DNA from: the human T2T-CHM13v2.0 reference genome, Homo sapiens | Assembly (NCBI RefSeq): GCF_009914755.1 | Contig: NC_060945.1 | Direction: 5' to 3' (one strand) | DNA: 64,000 nt | In this document: piece after piece, positions 13,599 through 30,519 of the stretch | Layout of the letters: every line of letters starts with the position of its first letter | Numbering within the stretch: the first letter of the stretch is position 1 | Notes under the pieces: model-generated | Told to the model about the DNA's origin: nothing | The model's input: only the letters and a program-made list of their open reading frames with translations | Databases searched by the model: none | Position numbers and translations under genes: made by a program

Positions 13599-15110
13599 TA
13601 GCACATTAGAAAATTTTAAGTGGCTCAGAAATTAAAGAAGTTTCATCACTTTTTAAACTGTTACTTAAGAAAAAACTTGGGAATGACTTCTAAGGATACA
13701 CAATTTAAAAAGTAATAGGAGGAATGAGGGTAACCATGAATATCCTGTTGAGCTACACATCTAGCTCCATTTAACAGTAAGCTTTATAACAGCCAAGTCA
13801 AATAGGAAAAACATGGCAGTTGTAAATTTCACAATGTCCAAATCGATGGCTCAAAGGAAGCACAAAAGTTCTTGGTTCTTGGTACTCGGATCAAACAGGC
13901 ATCTCCACTGGTGTTCCTCTGAGGCCACTGTGATATGATGAGCAATGCTCTAGACCTCATCCTTCCACGGAGGCTCAGTGACAAATTTCATAGGAATGTT
14001 TCTTGTCTTGAAAATTATTTTTTTAAAAACCGCAATTCAGCAGCAAGCAGCCGTCTTGAAGACGCAGGATACTGCTGCAGAGTGGACAGACAGTGTTCCT
14101 TCCAGGAAATTCTTCTTGAGCACTGCCTGCCCTCCACGGAGTGCAGAAGCATGACTGAGTGGGGGTGACCTTGAGATGGACTCTCTGGCTCACAGCTGAT
14201 TGTAGCTGGGACATGCTGACAGATGACCACACCCCATCTGGTGTAAAGCCACTGTTTTCACCAAGGGTGTGTCTGTCTGGCTTCTGTGAAAGCTGAGATA
14301 GCAATAAGGATTCATGCACAAAGCTTCCTACCTTCCCACTGACGGCCCTGGGGCAGGGCCAGGACTCCCAGTGAAAAACCAATCCCTCCGAACAGATGAA
14401 TGAGCCATGATAAGGGCCCCAAGTTCCTACTCCATAAAGCATGAATGAAATAGTTTTAGCCCCACCATATTTCAAAGGCAGGTATAAAAAGACACCCAAA
14501 TCAGAAAATTATTAAAAAGTCCCCAGAACTTTCCATATCCACAGACTGCCCTAGTTTTGGGCAATGTTACTTCCTAATGTATCCAAATATATCCTAAATA
14601 AACTAAGCAAGAGAACAGATTCATACAATCAATATGTTTAAGTCAACCACAAGTTGGGAACTATCTAAAATCATAACTTTAATTTTAGAGCGGTAAATCT
14701 TTGACAATACTTAATCAACAGGTTCAGCCAGGACAGACATTACCATATTTCTTAGAAGTAAAGTCGGTACATTTCAAAGTGAAGTTACTATGTATGTCAA
14801 CTTAGGGCGAGCTACCATTTATGGAAAGCTTACTATCTGGCTGGCACTGTGTTCATGGCATCAGGCCAAAGTGCTCTTTAGACTTCCCCTAAGTTCTTGG
14901 TGTTTATCACCTTGCAACTACACCTTTGACTGACAGCTGCCAACATACTGCAACACTGACACCACATCACTTCCTGCAAAGCTTCCTCCCAACAGGGTTT
15001 AGAAGCCACCAGACCCCCAAGGGCTGTGTTACATGGCCAGTGTCCAAATCTCCCAAATATTCATACAGCCTGACTCTAGGAATGGTTCAAATGAGGCCCC
15101 AGCTCGCTGA

Positions 15111-15591
<481 letters not shown>

Positions 15592-16181
15592 TAGTTTCCA
15601 TGGAATGCTAGAACACAGCTTTGGGCTCGCTCTTGGCTCCTAAATTCCAAGTTTCAGTCACATCAAAAAAGCACGCTTACATCGTAAGGCAGGGTAGAAC
15701 ATTTGATCCCCAAAGAAAATAGAAATGGAGCTGAATGTCATTAACTTCTAATGCTTAGATCTGTCCTTTGCTATTTCACCACACTGTGGCTTAACGTACA
15801 GGGTGTTCCCTGTGAGAGAACTAGGTAATCTAAGCTCGTGCAAGAAGACAGTGGGAGAGGACAGTATTCATTCTCAGTGTTTTCATACCTCCTATGAAAC
15901 ATAAGAGAGTAATAATCCTTAAACCGCACACCAAAATAATCGCCTCAAGAACATATCAACACCTTGGTTTAGAAGAGATGTCAAAATCAAATCACTTTAT
16001 CCAACAACTCATTTTCCAAAATTGAGCCACCCTTAGGTCTCTTCCCTTGGACAGAGCTGCCTCCCACTCCCATGTAAGTTGTAGAAGCTGCAACAGGCAC
16101 AGGAGGAAGCCACACTTCCTAGGACACACAGCAGGGGGGGTGGAGGGTAAACAGAGCTCCTCTTTCACTGTCAAAGACTGA

Positions 16182-16474
<293 letters not shown>

Positions 16475-17260
16475 AGGAATTTGGTTCTAATTCTCTGTTT
16501 TCCAAGCCTGAAGTTCAGCCTTGAGCCAGCCTGGAGACAAGGGAGTCTCCATTCCAAGGGACATGGCCCAACATGGGAAGTCAGGGAAAAAGGCACCGCA
16601 AGGGACTCTCAGACTCAGCAGCTTCTGTCTACCTCCAAGACATTCTCCAGACCTGCCCCAGTGACCCAAAAGCACGAAAGTGCAACCTGCAATTTCCCTG
16701 ATGGCCTCTGACCCCTACAGCCTGGCTTCCCCTAACCTGTTCCCTTACCATGCAGCCAAGAGGAAAGTCTTTCAGCCAAAAATACAGTCAGGATATCAAG
16801 AGGTCCCCTTCCTTCATCAGGAAGCAGAACAGGATGTGGTCATCAGCTATGATTTCATTCCCCAAGCCACCCCCCCAAGCCAATTCCCAACCCATAGCTG
16901 CCTTCGCACACAGAGGGGTGTGGCCACTCTGGAATCAGGGAAGAGCTTGTGGGGGGGGCGGTGAGGCCATGAACTCAAGAGGCCAGGGTGGCAACTAAGC
17001 CTGTTGGCAACAAGGGCTGGGACTGCCTGCATCCAGACAACAGAGAAGATAATCCCAAGCACTGCTGGAAAGGTCACGGGGATGGGGTGTGAAAATCTGC
17101 CTTGTTGTCCCTGGATGCTTTGAGCCTAAAGGGCCCATCCAAAAAGAATCACTCCCCCCATGGACTTGCTGCTTTCACCTTGGGGCTGTCTCTGCTGCTG
17201 TTGCACTTGTGTTGACGGCATGAAATTCTTTTAACAGAACATGGTTAAAGAGAGATTTCA

Positions 17261-17583
<323 letters not shown>

Positions 17584-17959
17584 GAGAGAGTTCAGTCTTC
17601 CAGATAACGAGAAAGCTTTTAAGGCTATGACATTGTAAGTGGAGAGGAAGAAAGAGAATCTAGAAATATTAAGTATGTAAGTGTGTGTATATCATTGATC
17701 AGCAACTTAATTTAATAACTAAAAGGTATTGGGCAAGTATGATAGTTGGGAAATAAGAGTTTCCATATGTAAAAAGTGAAATTGTAATAGGATCCTGTGT
17801 TGCACCATTGCTAGGGGGATATTATGAATATCATCAACCTTGATATGTGTTTAGGTAGCATAACCTAACAGAAGGATTTTAATCAAAGACTAAATAAACA
17901 TCGCAGTGCAGCAAAGAATATTGCATTTTAAAGTTAATGATTTAAAAAAATATTTAAAG

Positions 17960-18094
17960 GGTCCAGGCACAGTGAGTGGCTCATGCCTGTAATCCTAGCA
18001 TGTTGGGAGGCTGAGGCAGGAGGACGACTTGGGCCCAGGAGTTCGAGACCAGTCTGGGCAACATGGTAAGACCTCATGTCTATTTCTTTAAAAT
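17960..18094 (+). mobile_element. FLAM/AluJ left monomer
   Basis: Single left arm bounded by aaaaatatttaaag repeats. Confidence 0.85.
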
Positions 18095-18107
18095 AAAAAT
18101 ATTTAAA

Positions 18108-18420
18108 GGACTGGGCTTGGTGGCTCATGCCTGCAATCTTAGCACTTTGGGAAGCCGAAACAGGAAGATCACTTGAGCTCAGAAGTTCAAGACCAGCCTG
18201 GGAAACACAGTAAGACATCATCTGTAAAAGCAATTAAAAAAAAAAATTAGTCAGGTGTGGTGGCATGCACCTGTAGTCCCAGCTACTGGGATGGCTTGCC
18301 CGGGAGGATCACTTAAGCCCAGGAGATCAAGGCTGCAATGAGCTGTGGCTGTGCCATGGTACTCCACCCTAGGCAACAGAGAGAGATCCTGTCTCAACAA
18401 ATTGTGTGTGTGTGTGCATT
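18108..18420 (+). mobile_element. AluJ with (TG)n-converted tail
   Basis: Diverged dimer; ggaggatcacttaagcccaggag. Confidence 0.9.
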
Positions 18421-18727
18421 TATTTATTTAAAGAAATTCTTCCCACAGATTTTCAAAATACAGATGATTCTTTTGAAAGAGAAGAACTGAGGTTGAAACT
18501 TGAGGACTTTGTCAGAGGTACCACAAGACAGAGTGACGTAACCATGGTCAAAAGGCCTTGAGTCCCAAGTCACTCCCTGGGCACTTGGTCCCAAATTCTC
18601 CTTTAGTCACTCCTCATTTTAAAATGGAAAAAAAAAATGACCTTAAGTTTTTATTTGCAAATCATTTCAAGTTGTTTCACAGTTATACAATTAAGACTAC
18701 AAGCTCTAACATGTAAAAACATAATTC

Positions 18728-18900
18728 TTTATTTCATTGATTTTAAGAAACACTATTTTTGACTCTTAACATCTTTGAAATTGAATATATCTTACAATCA
18801 CAATGGTGTATTGGGGTTTAGTGGTGCCATTTTCTCTGCTTCTTAGTGGTATGCAAAATAGTGGTGCATTTTACAAATGACAGCATCTTATGAAAAAGAG
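18728..18900 (+). mobile_element. MER104-like (TcMar-Tc2) MITE
   Basis: atttcattgattttaagaaacac...ttaacatctttgaaattg...tcttacaatc...ggtgcattttacaaatgacagcatctta. Confidence 0.6.
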
Positions 18901-19004
18901 TATATAAAAATAGGCTTCTAAATAGCTACGCTTAGGGCTATCTAAAAACTGCTTATGAATTGTTTGGGTAAGACAGAGTATCTATGTAGAATTTTACTGA
19001 TGAT

Positions 19005-19775
19005 CACACATTCAGTTCAACTCAACCAACATTTTACTGGGCACCTGTTATATGTTTGGAATGAGGAAATAGACCATTTCTTTATGATGCATATAATCTG
19101 GGAAGACAGTGGGCATCTACCCACTCAGACAGGGCTGTAACAGCTAGTCTGGCATTATTAATAGTGAAGGATGTGAAGAAATAGACTAATTCTGCTAGGA
19201 GAGGCTCTCGGTTGAACCTGGTCCTGACAGGTTAATAGGATTTGGCTTAGCTTAGGAGGATGAGAGGAAATGAACAGGGATAGGAGAGAGTTTACACAAA
19301 GAGAAGGACAGAAATTTCCAGTAAAAGAGAAGGGTATAAGCAAAGACTCTGAGGAATGAAAGTATCATTAGCCCAATGTTGCAGTGAGGCGAGTGCATGG
19401 GAAAAAGCTGGAGATGATGAAGCTAAAAAGATGGGCTGGGGCTATGGATGCTACACAAAGGAACTGAACATGATTGTATTTGATGGGATTACACGATGAG
19501 ATTTTATTATGGGAGTTACATGATCAAACATAGTTTTCCCACCTGGGTAGCTTGGAAGAGAAGGGAAAGACTTATTGCAAGCCATCAATAAGTTGGGATG
19601 GCCCAACGGGGACAGTGAGTGCCTTGGAGTAGTGAGAATGACAGGTAGGATCACCAGGACTCGGTGGCCACATACATCCTTTGAGGAAAGAAGGAGGAAG
19701 AACAAGGAGGCATAGACTTCTCTGAAGTTCCTGGCTTGGTAACTGAAATGGAAGGTGACAATAACACCTTCCACT
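19005..19775 (-). mobile_element. L2
   Basis: cattcagttcaactcaaccaacattttactgggcacct start; GA-rich L2 body. Confidence 0.7.
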
Positions 19776-19958
19776 CTGAGGTATAATCAAGCACCAGATT
19801 CAAATGTTATCCCTGAGGGGCCACAATTCACTCACAGTGATCTTACTGGAAATTTGGTGTCCATTCCACAAAGGACCTCAAAAACAAAGGACTGGAACCC
19901 ACTAGAACAGCAATACAGTTAAAAAACAAAAACAAACAAACAAAAAAAACAACCTTCC

Positions 19959-20312
19959 TGCCTTAGTATGTTTGGGCTGCTATAACAAAATACCTTAGAC
20001 TGAGTAATTTATAAACAACAGAAATTTCTTGCTCACAGTTCTAGGGGCTGGGAAGTCCAAGTTCAGGTTGCCAGCAGATTCAGCATCTGATGAGGGCCTG
20101 TTCCTCACAGATGGCACCTTCCTGATACATCCTCTCCTGATAGAAAGGGCAAACAGGCTCCTTCAAGTCTCTTTCATAAGGGCACGAATCCCATTTATGA
20201 GGGCAGAGCACTCATGACCTAATCACGTCCTAAAGGCCCCACCGCATGATACTATCACATTCAGGTATTAGGTTCCAACATATGAATTTATACCAACATT
20301 CAGAGCATAGCA
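19959..20312 (-). mobile_element. MLT1A/A0 solo LTR (MaLR)
   Basis: tgccttagtatgtttgggctgctataacaaaatacc...cattcagagcatagca. Confidence 0.85.
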
Positions 20313-22034
20313 ACTCCCAAAAAACTTAGATCAGGGAGGATATTGGAATGGAGACACAAATAATGGCCAATTCCAATGCAGATTTATGGAACTTAAAACA
20401 CACACAAAAACAAAACCAAACCCTCTAATTATCCATGAGAGGCCAGAAGTTTCAAACATTATCTCAACCACACTTTGTATGGACTAAATCAATACCTGTA
20501 ATAATAAATGGATTTAACAGCTTCAATAATTTAATGCAAAAATAAAAATAGGATGCCTCAGCCTTGGCATCATAAAGTTAAAAAGTAAATCAGATTTGGG
20601 TTCAGTCTCCAAAATATTCTCAGGCTGCAGGAAACCCACCATGCTGTTGACTCACATCTTGAACTCACTCTTATTATTTAAATAAGATCACTGAATGCAG
20701 GCAATGATCAAAGCTGTACAAATCACAGTGCAATATATCTGCAATGCATAAATAAGCATGCCCAAGTGCCACTTAAACACATGTAGCATTTAAGAACAAT
20801 CATTTAACTTTTCTGTGAGTGTATAAAATAAGAAGTCAATAGCTTTGCAACACCATGCAGATCTCAGGCAATGCCCTGGTTTATGTGAGTGACCAGACCA
20901 GCAAAGGATGAGAGTGGAGCACATGGTGATGGGCACAGAGGGATGGCAAGAAAGACATGGGTTAACTATGGGACACAAGTGACTTGGCCCAACTCTCCTA
21001 AGCACCCATTCTTTTTAAAGTTAGGTGGATGGTCTGGAAGTTTTTGTGCTCCCTACGCCTGGAAAGAAGTCCATATTTCTTTAACTTTCTCAAGTCAAAA
21101 CCCACGGGCATCACAATGGTAACCACCATGAGATTTTTCTCTACTGGGTATTCTTTTTTCAGTATAGGTGATTCAATTAAGGCAAAAGTACCACTGAGCT
21201 GGACCCCAGAAAAGTGACCTAAGCTCATTTAAAAGCCGGTGCAAGATATTTTGGCTGTACAACAATTACTGTTCATCCTAGCCAAATGACAAATTGGGAG
21301 AGAATAAAAAGCATATGAAGTCATTGCGAATCAGATTTGTTATGTAGAAGAAAACAAAAATCAAACAGAGCCCATATTCCCCTCCCTAAAAATCATAAGA
21401 GGATAATCAGCCTCTTTTAATATAAAGGCAATTCCTGGGGAGTCATGGGAACGTTTCTCAAACAGTGATACATCAGTCCCCATGCAGAAAACCGATACAT
21501 AAAATCACAAAGCAAATCTGTTTCTAGTATGACAGCAACAGGCTTTAAAAGCCTGACATTCACTGCCAAGTAATATCTATGGGACCACACACAAGGGAAG
21601 TGAAACAGACACTAGGCTTGCCCTCTACGAATCAATGAGTATACTCCTGTCCAGGGCACTATGATGCAAATGGTTTTATTGGCATCACCATTCAAAAAAA
21701 TAGTTCTAAGCATGCCCACCCCGAAGAGTATGCCTACCACTGCTGATTTATTTAATGTATATATACTTGAAGTACTGTTCAAATACATTATGCACATTTC
21801 AATTTTCTGTATGTATTTATATAGCACATAATTTATTTGAACCAACAGAAATCTAAAGGCAAAAGATGAAACATAAATTTTGAAATTTCCTTTCATGCCC
21901 TGATGAATTCATCTTGCACATTCATCTGATATTGAAGGCCAGTGCTCAAGGAAATACAGGGCCGATCTGGGACCTACCAAAAAAAAATCAGGAAAGGCAA
22001 CTTGTGGAGAACTCAGGCTCAAAAAACAAACATT

Positions 22035-22494
<460 letters not shown>

Positions 22495-23187
22495 TTAGCC
22501 TTATTACGAAGTCATATCATGTGCGAGGGCCAAAATCTCCCAGAATCTTCAGGAAGGTAGCACATCACCATTAAGGAGACATGTGCTGATATCCTCTGGC
22601 TCCTCTGAAATCATCTGGTGATAGCACTAGCGCTCACTAGGGACCACTAAATTCAGCTGTGCTTTTGCAACAACGATAATAACAAATTATCCCTTCACCA
22701 GTAGTTAATAAAACCGCACCATATGTAGAAGAAGAAAATTATAAGACAGAAGGGCTCATCTCCACCCACCACAAGTCAAGACAATACTGTGTATTGTGAT
22801 TCACCAAGATGCAGTAAACAAAAAAACACCTTTCCAACCATAACTGCATTTCTCAGTGTGGGTGATTTCAGACACAGCCAGGGTAAGAAGCCAAGAAATT
22901 TCAGTTCTACAGTCTGGAAGAATAAAGGCTAACAACAACAGGCAATGAAAAATTATTTTTAAAAAAGTTATACAAAACTTTTCTCCTCATAGATAGAAAC
23001 AACAACAACAACAAAAAAGCTTAATCTTCCAGAAACCTGTCTCTGGCCAGCTTCCAATCCAGAAAGTCTGCTGATGATGGAAGGAGCTCTCCTTAGGAAC
23101 TCATATGGCTATGACCTCCCATCTGCATCTGATCCTGCTGATCTGCACCCCCTCCAAAATACACACCCTTCCCTCAAATTCCATGCC

Positions 23188-23518
<331 letters not shown>

Positions 23519-23689
23519 TAACCCTCAGATATTCCTCTTGCCCCAACTGTAGGTTCTGCCCACAGCCTTCTACATGGCTCCATCTAGTTCCTTCCAGACT
23601 CTCCTTCTTCAGCACAAATCCCTCTTTCTCACCTCCTGGGATTATCCTACTGATGATCCACCACTTAGGGTCAAAACCTTTCACCCTTA

Positions 23690-23925
23690 TGAGGGCAGCG
23701 TGATTGGTAAATGTAACATAGGCTTAGGATCTGAGAGACCTGATCCTAACCTGCCATTCACTGCATCTGTGACCTTAAGCCAGCCACTTAATATCCCTAC
23801 GAATCACTTTCTCCATCTGCAAAACAGGATACCTGCCTGCAGGTTTGTGCTGGGAATTAAGTGAGGCAATGTATGTAAACACACTTTTTCTTGGTATTTA
23901 GTTGGAGCTTCATGAATATTCATTT
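23690..23925 (+). mobile_element. MIR
   Basis: tgtgaccttaagccagccacttaa...tttctccatctgcaaaacagg...aattaagtgaggcaatgtatgtaaa. Confidence 0.75.
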
Positions 23926-24020
23926 CTTTCTTTCCTCTTGTGTCCTTCTTCCCCTTGTTCTTCCCCCAAGGTCCCTGAAGTATCTTCTACATCTTGTCTC
24001 TTCTATTCCTACCCTTCTAA

Positions 24021-24803
<783 letters not shown>

Positions 24804-25157
24804 AAGATTTACTTTAAAGAATTGGCTCATGCATTTGCGGGGGCTGCCAAGTTTGAAATCTGCAAGGTAGGGTTGGAGACCCAGGGAAAAAATGATGCTG
24901 CAGTTTGAGTCCAAGGGCATCTGGAGGCAGAACTTCTTCCTTCTCGGGGACCTCAGTCTTCTGTCTTAAGATCTTTGACTGATTGGATGAGGCCTACCAA
25001 TGTTATGAAGGGTCATTTGCTTTACTCAACCCCTACTGATGTAGATGTTAATTACATCCAAACATAACTGACAGCAACATCTAGACATCTAGACTGGTAT
25101 TTGACCAAACGACTAGGCACCACAACCTACCAAGTTGACAGATCAAATGAACCATCA
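24804..25157 (-). mobile_element. MLT2 (C/D-type) LTR, 3' part missing
   Basis: aagaattggctcatgc...ctgattggatgaggcctacc...caagttgacagatcaaatgaaccatca. Confidence 0.85.
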
Positions 25158-26868
25158 TTCCCCACACAACAGACTTTTTCTCCAGTGCCTAGTAATGCCA
25201 TCAATATTAGCCAAAGGAAGAAAGAGAATAAAATGTATTCCCACAGAATGTCTACAATGCAATATCCAACAGGTGCTCCTGACAGACTCTCTTCCATCCC
25301 ACAAGGCCACCTGTCCTGTGCTCTGAAGGGAGGTCAGCTCAGGTGTTCCAGGTAGCCACAGTCTCCGGGGCATGAAGAGGTCGCTGCGAAGAGCGGCAAG
25401 TCTTGCAGAATGTCTTCCTTTCCATATATTTCAAGACAATTGCAACCATCCAAGCTTTTGTCTCTTGGTAGCCAACATCATCAAGAGTGGTGACTACCTT
25501 TTATTTCAACATGGAAAACTGCATTAAAATATATTTACAGATTGGAAAACACACATATCCAGGAACAATGTGGTAGTTTATACCACAGCTTCTGATTCTT
25601 GAAACAGCCGCTACTTTTAACCACCCTCCCTCCCCTCCCAACAAACATAAATTATGGAGGTCCTGGGTACATAAGCTACCCTGTTGGTGTTATTTCTGCT
25701 CTAGTCTTGGATCTGAAATCATCACCCTCTCCCACCTCTAAGCCAAGACTTCAAGCACACAGCATGGTGAGGGTGGGGGGTGTCCCCAGCAAGTCCTCAA
25801 TTCCAATGCAGCTGGGCTTAAAGTTCAGCATGAAAGGCCAGCAGTGGGGAGGGAGGTTGGAATGATTGTTCAACAGCCTCCCACTCCCTGCTCATGACTA
25901 ATGCATCATACTGGCAGAGCATTTCCTCCCAGCTAGTAAGAACTGACAAGTCACATTTAAACCAAACCAATGCCAAGAAGGCTCAGGAGGCACTCAGCCC
26001 CTCCAAGCCCTAACTATACCCCTTTCTGAAAATACCCATCTAGAGAGAAAGCAAGCTGAGAGTGTTGGCTTAGGAGTCCTTTCTAACTCTGCTTCTCCAC
26101 CACAGAGCAGGGAGTTTGAATTTTCAAGGGTCAAAACAAAGAACATACATAGTGGGTAAGCAATTGGCATTCCATTTTGAGCACCAGGGTAACCTGTTAA
26201 CTTCGGGAAAATCAGTTAATTTCTCTGTGGTTTCAGGTTCTTCCTCAGTAAAATTTAGCACCTAGTAAGGGCTTTAAAAATGTTGGGCTTCACAGAAAAG
26301 AGAGCCGTTGGGTATGGTATGTAAAGAGAAAAAACATGATTGTGGGCATCATTAATGTAGAGATTTATTTTTCCAGTAGTGATTTTCCATTCAAAATAGC
26401 ATCCATGAGAAGAAGGAGGGAAATTAATCAAGTGTATTCACTAAATAGAGCTTGGTGATCAAAATAACATCAGCCTTCTGGTTCTGCGGCTGCCTCACTC
26501 GCACAAGCACGGGGAAGGGGGCCCCGCACACGGCCTGAACGCATGTTGGCACCAGGGTGGCAGCTCTTGAGCCACCTGTTTGGTTCTGTTTCTCTCACTC
26601 CGTCCCCACACTCACAGGAACAGCCTGCCATCTGCGCTGCGCCACCCAGCACAGCTCGGTTTTCCATAAAGGTAAATAAGATCCTGACGCTAGTTTTCAT
26701 CTAAAAATTTCCCTTCAATTTATGGCTTCCAGACCTCCATCTCAATTCAACTCAACCCCATTCACTGTCACCATATGCTTAGCACCCACCTTGTGGATGG
26801 CATGGTTCAAGATTCCACACAGCATGGTAGGACAAGGAAGGTTTAAGACTTCTTAAAGGGTCTTAAAG

Positions 26869-27169
26869 GGCCAGGTGCGGTGGCTTACGCCTGTAATCCC
26901 AGCACTTTGGGAGGCCAAGGCGGGCGGATCATGAAGTCAGGAGATCGAGACCATCCCGGCTAACACGGTGAAACCCCGTCTCTACTAAAAATACAAAAAA
27001 TTAGTTGGGCGTGGTGGCAGGCACCTGTAGTCCCAACTACTCAGGAGGCTGAGGCAGGAGAATGGCGTGAACCCAGGAGGCGGAGCTTGCAGTGCGCCGA
27101 GATCACGCCACTGCATTCCAGCCTGGGTGACAGAGTGAGACTCCATCACAAAAAAAAAAAAAAAAAAAA
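26869..27169 (+). mobile_element. AluY
   Basis: gagatcgagaccatcccggctaacacgg and gaatggcgtgaaccc; TSD aa(g)ggtcttaaag. Confidence 0.95.
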
Positions 27170-27216
27170 GGTCTTAAAGATTATTTGGGTGGGTAGCAAT
27201 GAAGACATGAGATGGG

Positions 27217-27364
27217 GACCCCAAAAATGTAATCTAAGGCTCAAAAGTTAGGTGCCATACAATAAACTCAGAGGCTATGAAGAGGGAGGCATGCAACTTA
27301 ATGAAATTCTTTATGATGAACAGTTAACAGGTTATCCTAGTACTCAAAAGGAATACCAATTGCC
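27217..27364 (+). repeat. Local direct repeat, copy 1
   Basis: Aligns to 29448-29595, including a 50-bp perfect run. Confidence 0.95.
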
Positions 27365-27489
27365 ACAGGACGGTAATAGAGCTGAGAGTCTCTACAATTC
27401 AATAGATGCCCTTAACAGGACAAAGGTAAAGAATACACGTACCTTTTGAGAATATGCACATTAGGATTCTCAGGTTCTTGACTCTGATT

Positions 27490-27791
<302 letters not shown>

Positions 27792-28272
27792 TAACCTGGA
27801 TTTGATGATTATTCAGGAAAATAGTATGATCATTTTGGTATACTATTTAATGTATAATCAGAATACTATTGAAATCCTTGGGAAAGGAAACATTTCTATT
27901 TCTGGGGGTAATAAGGAGTATTTGGATATACTTTTACCCTAAAATCCTGGTATAGAAGAGAATACTCATTCCAAAAAAAAATATGCACACCTCAAAAGGT
28001 TTAAACTTTATTTAAATGAACAAAAACAGATAATTTCAAATTTTCGACTATTTATATGTGAAGTGGATGATCTTCACCTAAAAGTGACAGAGGACTTCCC
28101 CAACGGAGCCCCAAATCAAAAACAACCATTTTAAGACAGGCAGAAATGACAAAATACATAATTTTTAAAACTCCTGCTTATGCATGAATCATCTGCAAGA
28201 TAATCCACAAGAGAAAAAGATAATACTTAGGTGCTGACACTCATGTCTCTTCTATTTCAAATCCCTGGCTGA

Positions 28273-28642
<370 letters not shown>

Positions 28643-28859
28643 TGGACTGGATTTCTGATCTGCATTTCTCAAAGGCATATCCTTGACATCCCTTCTCCTA
28701 AACTCATGCTACTAACTCTTCAGGGCTGTTCTAGAGGAACGTTCTAGGGATACATGCACCCTTCCAACTTCATGCTATGTAAAAGAATGGCACTAGCGGT
28801 GAGTAAATTAAGAAAATGAATAAAACTCAATTACAATTTCACATTATATAAAATTAGAG

Positions 28860-29440
<581 letters not shown>

Positions 29441-29447
29441 GTTTTGA

Positions 29448-29595
29448 GACCCCAAAAATATGATATAATGCTCAGAGTTAAGTGCCATACGATGAACTCA
29501 GAGGGCTATGAAGAGGGAGGGGTGCAACTTAATGAAATTCTTTATGATGAACAGTTAACAGGTTATCCTAGTGCTCAAAAGGAATACCAATTGCC
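29448..29595 (+). repeat. Local direct repeat, copy 2
   Basis: Aligns to 27217-27364. Confidence 0.95.
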
Positions 29596-29629
29596 CGAGT
29601 ATGACGATACATATATTATGGCAATAAAA

Positions 29630-29880
29630 ACATTAGAGGGTGTAATAATAACTGCTATTTGCAGGGTGCTTCATAATTTGAAAAACGTTTCTATGTACAT
29701 TAGATAATCTAATCATCACAGCCACCTGGGTGGGGGAGGGCACATGACTTACTCTTACACCCATTTCTGTGTAAGTGGCCTGTCCACAGCTGAGCGGATG
29801 GAGTGGCTTGACTGTCATGAGAACCCAGGTGGGCTTCCTTCCAAACCTGCAGTGCCCACTTCACTCCGCCACCCTGCCTT
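29630..29880 (-). mobile_element. MIR
   Basis: taataataactgctatttg...cccatttct...aagtggcctgtccacag...gaacccagg. Confidence 0.6.
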
Positions 29881-30412
29881 CCAATAACTATGCATATTTC
29901 TGTAGAAATACAGGAATGTTACCAGGTGCTCCAAGAAATATGCATTCTATGGCCAAAGTTGGGCACTCCAACTCCAACAGTAACGAAATGGATTTCACTT
30001 TATTTAACCTAGTGTTTTCTAAACTTTCTTAATCATGAAAACTGATTTTGTAAACTGTCTATTGAAAACCTGTGAAAGAGTTAGTGTGTCATGGTGACTA
30101 CCGCGGGAAATAATCTTAATGAAATGTGCTCAGTTCTACTCCTACAGATTCCATCTACTTGTAATAATCAAGTGATCAAGGTGTTTACTTAATTGGCATT
30201 TCCAAATATCAGTGTCATGGCTGGCCAGCTCTACTCTCATCTGGTATTCTTCCCTCTCTAATTGTCTGTCTTCCCTCATCTAAAACTTTCCATCAACCAT
30301 AAAAGTACCACACATAATAGACCATGAAGAAGGTAATCACTAACGTGACAGACGTCATCCTTGGCTCCTGTACTTCTTACTCACCAAGCATGGATCAGAT
30401 CAGATCCAATTG

Positions 30413-30415
<3 letters not shown>

Positions 30416-30450
<35 letters not shown>

Positions 30451-30519
30451 AAACAGAGAGAGAGAGAAAAAAAAACAATGAGAGAGAGAGAGAGAGAGAG
30501 AAAAACAGATGGAGAGAGA
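30416..30519. repeat. (TG)n followed by (AG)n microsatellites
   Basis: About 16 TG units, then interrupted GA tracts. Confidence 0.95.

Noticed and set aside
26546-26565. CTCF-like ggcaccagggtggcagc
   Set aside because: Spacing is off by one base, giving four mismatches to the core consensus.
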